The notes beneath the pieces are model-generated. The model made no database searches, was not told the origin of the DNA, and was given only the letters and a program-made list of their open reading frames with translations. Of a DNA stretch of 64,000 nt, positions 52,060-64,000 are shown one piece after another. A program made the translations under genes and the position numbers. The stretch covers positions 142,042,001 to 142,106,000 of the forward strand of contig NC_042999.1 of assembly GCF_006345805.1 (NCBI RefSeq), read 5' to 3'. Position 1 is the stretch's first letter; each line of letters starts with the position of its first letter. The stretch comes from Octopus sinensis. Lineage: Eukaryota.

Positions 52060-52440
52060 AAGCAAGGCTACTGTAGTGATCCTATAACGGTGCGCGCGCG
52101 CGCACCGTCCATTTTCTATTTCGCGCGTGCGAGTGTTGGTGCCTTCACCAAGGCACAGAAAGGAAGGGCCCTCTCGCGCATGCGCGAACCACCGGAAGCA
52201 CGACCCTTTTGCCTACGTGGTAGTTAGCCAAGGCAATGGGGTCGTAGAACGTTTGACCGCTAGCAGCAGCAGCCAACGACTTGAGACAGCAGCGACTGAA
52301 GGCGACGGTCACGCATATTTTCTCTCCGTCCGAAATTGATTCTAGCAGCACCTTACCAAAAGGCCTTTAACCAAATTGTTGCAGACCAACATCGTCTCCA
52401 TTGTTCGCCGCCATCTTTGACCAGTGTCGTTTTGCATTTG
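52060..52440. promoter_or_regulatory. CpG-rich putative housekeeping promoter
   Basis: CpG-dense, non-repetitive; NRF1-type GCGCATGCGC (52176-52185), ETS ACCGGAAG (52191-52198), YY1-type CGCCGCCATCTTT (52406-52418), 22-bp palindrome 52087-52108. Confidence 0.55.
52357..52401 (-). CDS. Candidate first coding exon METMLVCNNLVKGLL (protein not recognised)
   Basis: ATG just downstream of an AAGATGGCGGCG motif; 45 nt followed by TG|GTAAGG donor. Confidence 0.25.
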
Positions 52441-52758
52441 AACACTTTCTTATTTTACAGAGATAAGGTTCAGCACGACACATTTATACCAAAGGGATAC
52501 CAGATAACCACTTATTGTTACTGTTACCACATTAGAGAATAAAGTAGTATATATATTATTTACGTCTGCGTCTTGTTGTTTCTGACTGGTAGAATTCTGG
52601 ATTATTAAAGCAACGAATAGTGATTGCTTTCTTGTACCCCGAAAGTACAAGAGAAGATATTCACACTAAGTTCGTTACACTACTGACATTTCGCTGTTTT
52701 ATTGTGATGTCTACTCTTTTCATCCAAGATTTCTAAATAGCTTTATTTGGTTGATTCG

Positions 52759-52794
52759 ATGGCGTCCAAGTTTTTCTTAAAACCTGCTGTTTAT
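52759..52794 (+). CDS. Candidate first coding exon MASKFFLKPAVY (protein not recognised)
   Basis: GATGGCG start context; weak GTATTT donor followed by T-rich intron-like sequence. Confidence 0.2.
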
Positions 52795-52954
52795 GTATTT
52801 ATATAATTGTTTATTCATTTATTTATTTATTTATTTTTCTTTGTGTATATGTAAAAACCTATATGTGGGTGTGTGGTGGTGTGCGCGCGTCTGTGTGTAT
52901 GTGTTTATTTACATACATACATGTGTGTATGTGTTTATTTACATACATACATGT

Positions 52955-52991
<37 letters not shown>

Positions 52992-53099
52992 AAAAGTCAC
53001 GCACCAAGATTAAGACTTATTTAATATATATTGCACATTTCAAAACAACACTTGATATTTAATTACTCAAAACAAAACAAATTAGAAAATGTCAACAGT

Positions 53100-53340
53100 A
53101 TGATCAAATGTTCGCCGCCTGCAGCTTTTATTATTTGTCGCATTGTTGTACAAGAAATGCCAGTTTCCTGCGACGATCGCACCGATTTCTTTGAATATCT
53201 ACTGTGTCACTTCCTGCTGGCCACAGCTTCGTAAATTCCGTTGAAGCTGTCCATGTCACGCCTTACAGCAGTGTACAGAGTATTTTGTACCCAGCGCGAA
53301 TCATCAAGAAACAGATGACTCTTTTCCAATATTGAGATAT
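53100..53340 (-). pseudogene. Tc1/mariner-like DNA-binding-domain remnant
   Basis: RYSKKSVRSSQETGISCTTMRQIIK resembles the HTH2 segment. Confidence 0.4.
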
Positions 53341-53581
53341 ATTTGTATATATATCAGAAATACTAAATTTCTAAATCTCTCGTAGAGACATGTACGGTGG
53401 TGGGGCGATAGAATAGTTGTATACGAAGGGGATGATTGTATAATATATTCTATAATGAATATGCGGAATAATACATACACAAACTGGTATCTTCTGCAAG
53501 AAGTTTGATACCGTCTTTCGTTCAATCGAACCATTCTGATTATCTTTAAAATATTTACTGCATTTATGTGCGTGCGTGCGC

Positions 53582-53645
<64 letters not shown>

Positions 53646-54499
53646 GATGTACATGCATAGCAGCCTAACCGTATTACTAGCTTTGCTACTGCCTGGATGA
53701 GTTTTTTAAATTGATATGTTAAGCCAGGAAGTCAGCCAACAGCAGTCGATAAAATGCAAAATTCTCAGCTGCTGTGTCAATAATTCGATTGCTGGGCAGA
53801 AACACTCCACCCAATAAACAATATTAGATCAGATCTATATCATGTTTATTCCTTTGACTAGAACATGGTTCGTAGTGAAAACAATAGCTCCAGTATATCA
53901 ATGTCATTATAATACTTGTACTTGTTTTATCGAGTAGTGATAAAACAGTCAAGTCAATATGATAACAAGCCACAAGTTCAAACCACTGCCGCCATCTTGC
54001 TGAATATTTTAGTAGGTCACCTTGTTTCACATGCCTCAGTTCACCTTATTGTCTAGAAAAAAAAGCACCAGAGTTTCTGGGAAAGGTACCATTGGTAGGG
54101 GGTATTTTGTCTCTTATTCGTTTAACGCCACACGAATACAGTAAAGTACTGACTCAATGTGCTATCAACCCTAAGAACTGATTAATTTGTTTTATCAAAT
54201 ATGTGAACTTCAAATTCGAAGTTAGCCTCGGTAGATTTTAAACTTGGAATATAGATGAATAGAAATAAATTCTGTAAAGTATTTAACTTAGCGCTTGACC
54301 ATTTTCACCAACTCTTTAGCTTTAGAATATCGCTTGATAAAACAGCGTTTCTGTAGCTTACAAATGAGTTCAAGATTTTCATTTGCTTTGGTTTGGGAAA
54401 AGACATAAGTATCTAGCAAATGAGTTAATCTCAGAAAAACCTGTTGAAGGAGGATTTAAACGATCACCAGGAGTTTCCCCCCTTATTTTGCTCGATTGG

Positions 54500-54930
54500 A
54501 CATCACTGATTAGCTTCTTTATTCTATGTTTCTCTGAAAGCTCTTTTATTACTGGCTTTCTTCAGTTGTTTGAGTTACAGACCAACCTTCTGGTGGAACC
54601 AGTGCACTAGCCTAGCTTGAAAGTCGCGGCAGCCGATGTCAATAAGGAATGAGACTGCATGCCATCCCGTAACAAGTGCCACGTCAACTAAGTCCTGATA
54701 TTTGGTTTTCATTTTTTGATGTGAAATATTGAGTCTGTCCTCCCAGTGCACAGTAAATCCAATCCCAATAAACTTTTTTTGCATTCCTGGATAGCAAGAA
54801 TATGTCTGGTTACCGCAATTTCCTCTTGGAAAATGTGTCTGCCCTTCAGGTCCATTTGCATCTATGAATCTGAAGCTGAATGCAAAATAGAAAAAAGGTC
54901 CCTTACTGTTGCTTTCGTCTTCGAAGCCTT
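54500..54930 (-). mobile_element. HERO-like non-LTR retrotransposon RLE-domain fragment
   Basis: ILHSASD...MDLKGRHIFQEEIAVT...TVHWEDRLNISHQKMKTKYQDLVD...GWHAVSFLIDIGCR; catalytic RPD deleted. Confidence 0.75.
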
Positions 54931-55834
54931 CTCCCTTTCCTTCAGGAATCTATTTGGTGATTTCTGTGCGGATCTTGTCGTACTTCCACTTGTATCGACC
55001 TTCTCACGTAAAAGTGTTGAGGCAAAACCTCGATGACACAGAATTTAATGCAGCATTTTATATTGTCACTTCATGATTTTAAGTTTAAACCCTGACTAGG
55101 TATCATTTTGCCTTTCCCCGCTCTGTAGTTCATTAGTATCAGAATTTCTTTCAATCAGATTTAGATTTTCTCTCTAAATTTACGGCCCAGGATCAATGTA
55201 AGAGATCGTTATTCACCAAAAATGACCAAAAACTGTTTATCGGACTATTCTGCTCAGAAATGCACAAATAACTGGGAAATATGTTAAAGCAGTTTATCGA
55301 TAAGTTAGTTCATAATAGTACATATAACATCCTCGGCTAATACTGATGGGTGAAGCATAAATTACTAAAATAATTTATTCTTACTCTAAACAATAAATCC
55401 ATTGTTCTTGACGTGACCATAATCTCATTACTATGCTATCTCAGTAGCGTCTATTCCTAGTCTCTGGAACAAATACCATTGCACATCAATACCTCAATTA
55501 TGCTGAAAATGTGAAATCTGCCCAAAATTCTTAATGAAAGCAGGTTGCGTAAAGGAAGGCTGAAACATAACTGACTTACCAGTTCTTCACAAACCTTATT
55601 GGGTCATAACACAATAGAGCTAACATTTACACAATAGACACCGACCACAGTATGTGACAACTTGAATCCCTTAGTTGTCCTGGAGTTGGTGAAGTTGACT
55701 GATAAGTAATCATACTGGGTCGATAGGAGGAAGGAATGTATACATTCTTTTAAAATGTCCCTCTCATTCTTTGTCATCTTTATTTTTATCTTCTCCAAGT
55801 TACGAGCCAACGACGGACCCTCTGTTTGGTCGCT

Positions 55835-56010
55835 CAATCTGCTAGAAATAGCAACAAATTTCCGTAAACTACACCCTATCGTTTATATAAAAAAAGAATT
55901 GGATTAGACTCCTGAATACACCATTTACGACAAAAGATGGGATGACCATGGCTGGAATGGCTGGAATCATAGATCTGGTCGATCGAATTGATCTAGGTTA
56001 AACAACAACA
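55835..56010 (+). mobile_element. SINE tail with (CAA)n end; relatives at about 11425-11545 and 36740-36950
   Basis: GCTAGAAATAGCA...GATGGGATGACCATGGCTGGAATG...TAAACAACAAC. Confidence 0.5.
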
Positions 56011-56850
56011 CTATAAAAGACAGAAAGATGGAAAGACAGAATCAGTTGAACATCAAACGAAACGTTTTAGATGTTATCATCTGGTAAACGGAACTTCCTG
56101 ACATTTACTATGTTCGATCGCTCAGTTTAACGTCACTACTGCAACCCTGGGTGACTTCAATGAATCGGTCTAGGTCTCCGATTTGCAGACATTTTCCTCT
56201 CTTCCTACAGCTATTTTTAAAAGCTACCTTTCCTTCGGAATATGTAATAAAAAGCAGCATTAAAAAAATCTTTTATTTCATTATGAATGAGAGCGATAGT
56301 ACGACTAAGGATTTGTAACTATTGTATTCGCCGTCGAGCAGCAACATTAATATTATTTGCTTTTGTTACAGAAGTAACGCAACAGATTATGAAATTAAGT
56401 AACTGGTAGGCGTTCACAAATAGTTTCTTATGAATAGTAAATCTCCGAAGTTATCTAAATAGGTCCATTCATTGCAGTTGTTAAACCTAGAATTTAATCA
56501 TTATTTTCAAGAGAATATTTATTTTGGTTTTCTGCCAACAAGTGTAAGAAAGCTGAAAGAGAATTCTGAAAAATGATAAAATGAATTCAGCAACTATCTT
56601 TCTTGTTCTTCACACTAAGATTCTGTTATTCATTTTGTAGTAAAGATAAACTTTTAACAATTATTAATGAACGCGCTTACTACATTGGCGTAACATACCA
56701 AAATAAAGAAAGAACGACAGAAACTAATTAATTCTGAATTAACACTCTCTGGTCAATACTTTATGTATGTTATTCAGCAAGTAGAGTGTCGTGACATACA
56801 ATATTTGCATGCACACGTACGTGCGTGCGCACACGCGCGTGTGTGTGGTA

Positions 56851-57780
56851 AGTTAGTTAGTTAGTTAATTTGGCTCAAAAGCAAATAGCAAGGCCATGTA
56901 GGGGGACATGGAGTTAAGTACAGGGTGGTGTTCATGTAAAGAGTTCAGGCCACTTGAGGTCCAGGGAGGCTTTGAACAAAGCGGTCGTCGGCATCTTCAC
57001 CATCTCGTCTGGCAGCTTGTTCCACGGATCCGCAACCCGGACGGAGAAAGCTCCTCCCCTTCGATTGAGATGAAATCGTCGCAGGTAGAGCTTTTCGGAA
57101 TGACCCCGCAGCCGACGCTCTGGAGCAGGAGTGAAGAACAGCTCTTTCGAGAGGTTACACTTTCCGCTTATGATGTTGTGGGCGAGAATGAGATCACCAC
57201 GGCGGCGGCGTTTTTCAAGAGAATAAAGGTCGAGCGTCCTCAGCCTTTCTTCGTAGGACAAATTTTTGAGACCATGAACCATGCGGGTAGCCAGCTTCTG
57301 GACTCTTTCGAGATGCTGTATGTCTTTGAGGAGATAAGGAGAAGAGGCTTGAATCCCATACTCCAATATGGGTCTCACCAGCGTGACATAGAGTGGTAGG
57401 AATATGGCTGCTGTGAGCATTCCGAATGACCGTCGAATCAAGAACAGAATTCCGCGTGCTTTGTTGGCAGCATGGACGCACTGGGCCGAAGGCGAAAAGG
57501 AGGAATCCACCAAGATACCTAGGTCCTTTACCTGATCTTCCTCTCCAGCAGCAGACGACCCGGCTCGAAATCAAGTTGAGTTGCAGGAGTAGAGCCGACA
57601 GGCAGAAGATAGCACTTTGACACGTTCAGACACAGGTCCCAATTGTTAGACCACTTCCAAATTTGGTGGAGGCATCGACGAAGATCCTCTATATTACCGC
57701 GAGGAGCGACCAGTTTGATATCGTCGGCAAATAGAAGGGTGTGTTGCGTGAGGTCGTCGGGCAAGTCATTTATGAAGACT
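56851..57780 (-). mobile_element. CR1/L2-type LINE 3' fragment with (AACT)n tail
   Basis: VFINDLPD, LLFADDIKL, LYVTLVRPILEYG, LERVQKLATRMV, RGDLI, FSVRVADPWNKLP. Confidence 0.93.
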
Positions 57781-58085
57781 CCCAATTACATGGTTCTGGG
57801 TTCAGTGGGCAAGTGTCTTCTACTATAGCCTCGGGCCGACCAAAACCCTGTGAGTGGATTTAGTAGACGGAAATTGAAAGAAGCCTTATGTCTGTGTTTG
57901 TCCCTCCACCATCGCTTGACAACCGATCTTGGTGTGTTCATGTCCCCGTAACTTAGCGGTTAGGCAAAATACCGATTGAATAGGTACCAGGTTTACAAAG
58001 AATAAGTCCAGGGACTGAATTCTTCGACTAGAAGGCGGTGCTCCAGCATGGCCACAGTCAAAATGACTGAAACAAGTAAAAGAAT
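57781..58085 (+). mobile_element. Type A SINE, head truncated at the CR1 junction
   Basis: GGGCAAGTGTCTTCTACTATAGCC...GGCGGTGCTCCAGCATGGCC. Confidence 0.85.
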
Positions 58086-58410
58086 ATATTATTACGGGAC
58101 TGCCACTTCTCCTATTTGATGTCTTTGTCACACAGGTGCTGCAACGTCCTCTGCAGGGGTTCCAGAGCTCTTTTGTATGTCATTGTATACTTGTCTCTTA
58201 CAATCATTTGGAATATTTAAAGAACTTGTCCGATCCCCAAATTCTTAGAAGTTTTTCAAACTGGTGCATCATTTCTATCCAAATCCAAGGAAATCATGAA
58301 AACAGGCTGTGTTACCAAGTTCCTAAAAAGTAGTTGGGAATTAACATATGAAAAAAAAAAACAAACAGTAATAGCCATGCCTTTATGTTGTCAGGCTTTG
58401 ACAAGCAGTA

Positions 58411-58610
58411 CGAAGGGGTGCTGACAAGTTCCTGGGTTTAAGGGTATCACGAAAGAACCATCCGAGTTCTTTTACAGGGATTAGAAAACTGAAGGACCAC
58501 TGCAATAAGTGTGTGAATCTGAGAGGGGAATATGTTGAACAAAATCATAATTAACTGATCCTCCTGTATTTTCTATTACCCAAAACCAAGAACTTTTTAG
58601 TACCCTTTCG
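58411..58610. mobile_element. mariner-type MITE
   Basis: TA TSDs; TIRs CGAAGGGGTGCTGACAAGTTC / GAACTTTTTAGTACCCTTTCG. Confidence 0.85.
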
Positions 58611-59100
58611 TAGACTGATTAGGAATGTTTTCCCAGTTCCAATACGAGTGTCATAAAAGCAAATTTCAACTTCTCGTTACCGAACTCTGTATTGACTGCC
58701 CCTTACTCTACAATGTGTTTGGGTTCATTTCCATTGATATATGCTATTGATGTATCATAATCATATTATGTGCCTTTCAAAATTACTGTTGGTAGATTAT
58801 TAACTTCAGTGTAGTTAGGTTGAGGGAGGCTGTATTTTTGAAATTCTTGCTATTTGTCGACGGCGATTGCATTATAGATTTCGTCTTTGTACTCTATTTT
58901 TACGCCGAATAGATATGTTTAGCGTGATATCTGAATTATTCGGCAAGATCATCACGATCTTTGAGTACAAATGAAGCAGGTTGCAAGATTCAAAGCATTT
59001 TCTCTTCATTGTTACATCCCGTTGGGCACCGTTCTCCTGCAATCCATGTATATAAAATCGTGACCCGACTTTTCGTCCGATGTCACTATGTCCAACACCA

Positions 59101-59721
59101 TTTCGTCCACGTCTTCTGGTCCGACGTCTTTTTGTCCTATGATCTTTTTTTTTTGTTCAACGATTTCTTGTACAATTTCAAATAAATAGGTGCAGGAGTG
59201 GCTGTGTGGTAAGTAGGTTGCTTACCAACCACTTGGTCCCAGGATCAGTCCCACTGCTTGGCACCTTGGGCAAGTGTCTACTACTATAGCCGCAGGCTGA
59301 CCAAAGCATTGTGAGTGGATTTGGTAGACGGAAACTGGAAGAAGCCCGTCGTATATGTATTTATATATGTGTATGTATATGTGTATATGTTTGTGTCTGT
59401 GTTTGTCCCCGCTTGACAACCGATGCTGGTGTGTTTACGTCACCGTAACTTAGTGGTTCGGCAAAAGAGACCGATAAGATAAGTACTAGGCTTAAAAGAA
59501 AAAGCTCTGGGGTCGATTTGCTCAACTAAAGGCGGTGCTTCAGCGTGGCCGCAGTCAAATGACTGAAACAAGTAAAAGAGTTAAAGAGTAAAACACTTTA
59601 GAAACAAGGTGAACATCAAAATCAAATAATCATTGAGAATTTTTTATTGATAGGATTTGTCGTTGGACGAAAAAAAAAATCATTGGACAAAAAGACTTCG
59701 GACCAAAAGACGTGGACGAAA
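59101..59721. mobile_element. MITE with about 60-bp TIRs built of TCGTCCA subrepeats
   Basis: TTTCGTCCACGTCTTCTGGTCCGACG / CTTCGGACCAAAAGACGTGGACGAAA; contains a SINE. Confidence 0.75.
59188..59592 (+). mobile_element. Type A SINE, full length, nested in the MITE
   Basis: AGGTGCAGGAGTGGCTGTGTGGTAAG head to GAAACAAGTAAAAGAG tail. Confidence 0.92.
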
Positions 59722-59920
59722 AGAAGTTTGCAACGGTCATAACAACAGTGAACGTTATCTTAAGCTATTGGATCACAGAATCATTATTCTTTCCACAAAC
59801 CTTAAAGCATGATATAAAAACAGCCTCAACTGTACAAAACCATTTAAAAACGTAAGAAGGAAAATAATTATAAATATATAAATATTAAAGTGTAGCTACA
59901 TAACGAAACAACCTTGTGAC

Positions 59921-60841
59921 CAGGGGTTGTAAATTATTGATTGCAACCTTTCCAGTCAATTATTTTCTTAGCAACCAATTAATTTTAATTAGGATACAGG
60001 CCAATCATTTATTACAATTAATTACAATTAATTGCCAATTATTTTGCCGAAACATAAAAACACTATATATTTTGGAGTATTAGCTTCGATTTAGATAAGA
60101 GCCAAAATGATAGGAAAATAAAAGGCACGTCTTATAGTTTCAAAAACTTTATTATTAGAAAACGTTCAAAGTTCAATTTTATTGATTAGAATACGGAACA
60201 AACAACATGTATATTCTACATTATGCAGTAGTTGAAAAACAAATAAATTGAAGGCCTTTAATAGAAAGAGTTTCTGAAAGGAGTTGCACAATTAAAATGT
60301 TCTAATATAGCAAAAGTTCATGAACGATTGCAGATTTCTGAAACTAGGTCTTCGTCCCAGAAAGTGCGATTGAATTTTAGAAATAATTGTATTTCTAAAT
60401 TCATTGGTGTTAAGTATTGCCGAAAATCATTAAAAGCGTAACCTGCTGAGCTGAAGAAACGTTCCAAGATGTTGGATGATGGTAACAAAAATCTACAGTT
60501 CAGATACAGCTGAGGTGAAATTTTATCTTTTTTGTATTTGTTTCAGCAAATTGAAGCAAGATCATCATCTTACACAGGTAAATCAGACTGTTGTGACGTG
60601 TCTGTCGCCACTTTTAGCTGATGGAAAGCAGCTGCTTTATCCGCAATTAGCTCTGCTTCTGCATGTTGTAAAATTTTCACAACTCCACTTTCAAAATTTG
60701 GGCTGTGCACAATGGTTGCCGATGGAAGCAAATATTTAAAAAACTCCTCTTAAGGATACAATGCGAGAATCTCGTCAGAAATAATTCGAGCATCTCCCAA
60801 ATCTATTTTTGTACTTAAAGCGTGATACAAAAACAACCACA
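59921..60841 (-). mobile_element. hAT-like transposon 3' part
   Basis: Minus strand IVHSPNFESGVVKILQ...YLNCRFLLPSSNILERFFSSAG...LTPMNLE...FLKFNRTFW; TIR-like CAGGGGTTGTAAAT at 59921. Confidence 0.7.
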
Positions 60842-61066
60842 ACTCTTTTACTTGTGTCAGTCATTTGACTGTGGCTATGCTGGAAGATCGCCTTTAGTCG
60901 AGCAAATCGTCCTCAGGACTTATTCTTTGTAAGCCTAGTACTTATTCTATCGGTCTCTTTTGCCAAATCGCCAAGTTACGGGGACGTAAACACACCAGCA
61001 TCGGTTGTCAAGCGATGTTGGGGAGACAAACACAGACATACAAACGTATACACACACACACGCACA

Positions 61067-61120
<54 letters not shown>
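60842..61120 (-). mobile_element. Type A SINE tail, cut at its internal (CA)n by the RTE
   Basis: CTCTTTTACTTGTGTCAGTCATTTGACTG...GGGACGTAAACACACCAGC. Confidence 0.88.
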
Positions 61121-61132
<12 letters not shown>

Positions 61133-61133
<1 letters not shown>

Positions 61134-64000
61134 CATCATCATCATCATCATTTAGCGTCCGCTTTCCATGCTAGCATGGGTTGGACGGTTCAACTGGGGT
61201 CTGTGAAGCTGGAAGGCTTCGTCAGGCCCAGTCAGATCAGGCAGTGTTTCTACGGCTGGATCCCCTTCCTAACGCCAACCACTCCGTGAGTGTAGTGGGT
61301 GCTTTTTACGTGCCACCCGCACAGGTGCCAGACAGAGCTGGCAAACGGCCACGAACGGATGGTGCTTTTACGTGTCACCGGCACGGGGGCCAGGCGAGGC
61401 TGGCAACGGACACGAACGGATGGTGCTTTTACGTGCCACCGACGCGGGGGCCAGACAGAGCTGGCAAACGGCCACGAACGGATGGTGCTTTTACGTGTCA
61501 CCGGCACGGGGGCCAGGCGAGGCTGGCAACGGACACGAACGGATGGTGCTTTTACGTGTCACCGACACGGGGACCAGACAGAGCTGGCAAACGGCCACGA
61601 ACGGATGGTGCTTTTACGTGTCACCGGCACGGGGGCCAGGCGAGGCTGGCAACGGACACGAACGGATGGTGCTTTTACGTGCCACCGACACGAGGGACAG
61701 ACAGAGCTGGCAAACGGCCACGAACGGATGGTGCTTTTACGTGTCACTGGCACGGGGGCCAGGCGAGGCTGGCAACGGACACGAACGGATGGTGCTTTTA
61801 CGTGCCACCGACACGGGGACCAGACAGAGCTGGCAAACGGCAACGAACGGATGGTGCTTTTACGTGTCACCGGCACGGGGGCCAGGCGAGGCTGGCAACG
61901 GACACGAACGGATGGTGCTTTTACGTGCCACCGACACGAGGGCCAGACAGAGCTGGCAAACGGCCACGAACGGATGGTGCTTTTACGTGTCACCGGCACG
62001 GGGGCCAGGCGAGACTGGCAAGCGGCCACGAACGGATGGTGCTTTTACGTGTCACCGGCACGGGGGCCAGGCGAGGCTGGCAACGGACACGAACGGATGG
62101 TGCTTTTACGTGCCACCGGCACGGAGGCTAGACAGGGCGGCGCCGGCAACGACCACGATCGGATGGTTCGCTTAACCACAGCTGCAATTCCCACTGATGT
62201 TGATTGACCTCAATTTTGGTTCTGCTTTCTGATATATGATTTGATTTGGTTTGATTTTGATTGTTCTCACTGGTCTTGCCGGGTCTTCTCACGCACAGCA
62301 TACTTCCATAGGTCTCGGTCTCTGGTCATTTATTTGGTGATACCTAAAGTTCGAAGGTCGTGCTTCACCACCTCGACCCAGGTTTTCCTGGGTCTACCTC
62401 TTCCACAGGTCCCCTCAACTGCCAGGGTGTGGCACTTTTTCACACACCTATCTTCATCCATTCTCGCCACATGACCATACCAGCGCAACCGTCTCTCTTG
62501 CACACAACATCTGATGCTTCTTAGGTTCAACTTTTCTCTCAAGGTACTTACACTCTGTCGACTATGAACACTGACATTACACATCCAACGGAGCATACTA
62601 GCTTCATTTCTTGCGAGCTTACGCAAATCCTCAGCGGTCACAGCCCAAGTTTCACTACCATGTAGCATGGCTGTACGTACACATGCATCATACAGTCTGC
62701 CTTTTACTTTGAGCGAGAGGCCTTTTGTCACCAGCAGGGGTAAGAGCTCGCTAAACTTTGCCCAGGCTATTCTTACTCTAGCAGTTACACTTTCAGCACA
62801 CCCGCCCCCACTACTGACTTGGTCATCTAGGTAGCGGAAGCTATCAACTACTTCTAGTTTTTCTCCCTGAAACGTGATAGAAGTTGGTCTCTGCATATTT
62901 TCAGAGTTTATTGCTCCTGAGCATCTGCCACAGATAAAAACTATTTTCCTAGTTAGTCTTCCTTTGACATTACTACATCTCCTATGTGTCCATAGCTTAC
63001 ATTTGGTGCATCTTATAGAGTTTCTACCTACGCCTTTTCTACAGATCGAGCAGGGCCATCTACCTGAAGGCGTTTGTGATTGGTCTACCTTCCTACTTAT
63101 TAGGACTTTGGTTTTGGCTAGGTTTATTCTAAGGCCCTTCGATTCTAAACCTTGCTTTCACACCTGAAACTTCTCCTCCAGTTCTGATAGAGACTCAGCA
63201 ATTAGAGCAAGGTCATCAGCATAGAGGAGCTCCCAGGGGCATCCTGTCTTGAATTCCTCCGTTATTGCCTGGAGGACTATGATAAATAGGAGGGGACTGA
63301 GGACTGAACCTTGGTGGACCCCAACTTCTACCCTGAATTCTTCACTGTACTCGATGCCAACCCTCACCTTACTAGCAGCGTCTCTGTACATGGCTTGTAC
63401 AGCTCTCACTAACCATTCATCTATCCCTAGTTTCCTCATTGACCACCAGATAAGGGATCGGGGGACCCTGTCCAAGGCTTTCTCCATATCGACAAAAGCC
63501 AGGTATAGGGTCTTGTCTTTGGCTAGGTATTTCTCCTGCAGCTGTCTTACCAGGAATATAGCATCAGTAGTACTTTTCCCTGGCACGAACCCAAACTGCA
63601 TCTGATCTAAGCTAACTCTCTCTCTAATTTGTTGGGCTATAACCCACTCCGTAACCTTCATTACCTGATCTAGCAGCTTGATACCCCTGTAGTTATTTGT
63701 ATCTAGGGCGTCACCTTTGTAGCAGTTGACTATTATGCTACTACACCAGTCATTGGGAATGACTCCTTCGTGTTATCACCTGGTTAACTATACAGGTGAC
63801 TAGGCTATAGCCAGCACTACCAGATATTTTGAGCATCTCTGCAGTAATTCCTGATGGGCCTGGGGTTTTCCCTGTTTTCATGCTTGTAATTGCCTTAACT
63901 ACTAAGGAACTGTCAACTCGGATTGCTGGTCCCTCTGTTGGGTCAACATTCGGCAGACTCTCTTTATCCCATTCATTTTCCTCATTCAGCAACCTTTCAT
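61133..64000 (-). mobile_element. RTE-clade LINE running off the window end; RT pseudogene with intra-RT PHD-like finger, 1.2-kb 3' UTR and (GAT)n tail
   Basis: QFGFVPGKSTTDAIF, AFVDMEKALDRVPR, GVHQGSVLSPLLF, LLYADDL, TGA at 63158-60, VVDSFRYL, RRLRWYGHV; ORF stop at 62330. Confidence 0.95.
61328..62170. repeat. Minisatellite with 123-bp dimeric higher-order unit (62-bp A plus 61-bp B)
   Basis: A monomers start at 61328, 61451, 61574, 61697, 61820, 61943; B monomers alternate; shared core CACGAACGGATGGTGCTTTTACGTG. Confidence 0.97.

Noticed and set aside
56840-56852. Left remnant of a SINE head (TGTGTGGTAAG) implying the CR1 inserted into the 57781 SINE
   Set aside because: The match lies within a (TG)n-like run and no TSD was found
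61181-62207. CRISPR-like array, or three overlapping 267-316-aa repeat proteins
   Set aside because: The variable parts alternate between two types rather than being unique spacers, there are no cas genes and the context is eukaryotic. The ORFs arise because the 123-bp unit lacks stops, and they are antisense to the LINE.

Overview
AT-rich, microsatellite-dense eukaryotic DNA that is mostly transposon-derived. The tRNA-derived SINE families and their tails point to an octopus/coleoid cephalopod genome (inference from recognised repeat sequence, not a database hit). No complete host gene is recognisable. The only host-like signal is a CpG-rich putative bidirectional promoter at about 52.06-52.8 kb with weak first-exon candidates. 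Retroelements present are three RTE-clade LINEs, two CR1/L2-type 3' ends, fragments of R4/Dong-, CRE- and HERO-like RLE elements, Penelope-like (PLE) pieces and many SINEs. DNA transposon remnants include hAT, pogo/Tigger, Tc1/mariner, Helitron ends and several long foldback/MITE elements. The best leads are: (1) a C4HC3 PHD-type finger inserted inside the RT domain of the RTE at 61.1-64 kb; (2) a dimeric 123-bp higher-order repeat in that element's 3' UTR; (3) several minimal hammerhead-ribozyme fossils in PLE termini, two of which show a compensatory stem-I change; (4) many long inverted repeats that could form dsRNA. Many boundaries are approximate, and all family names are by-eye and need Dfam/Repbase/Pfam confirmation.
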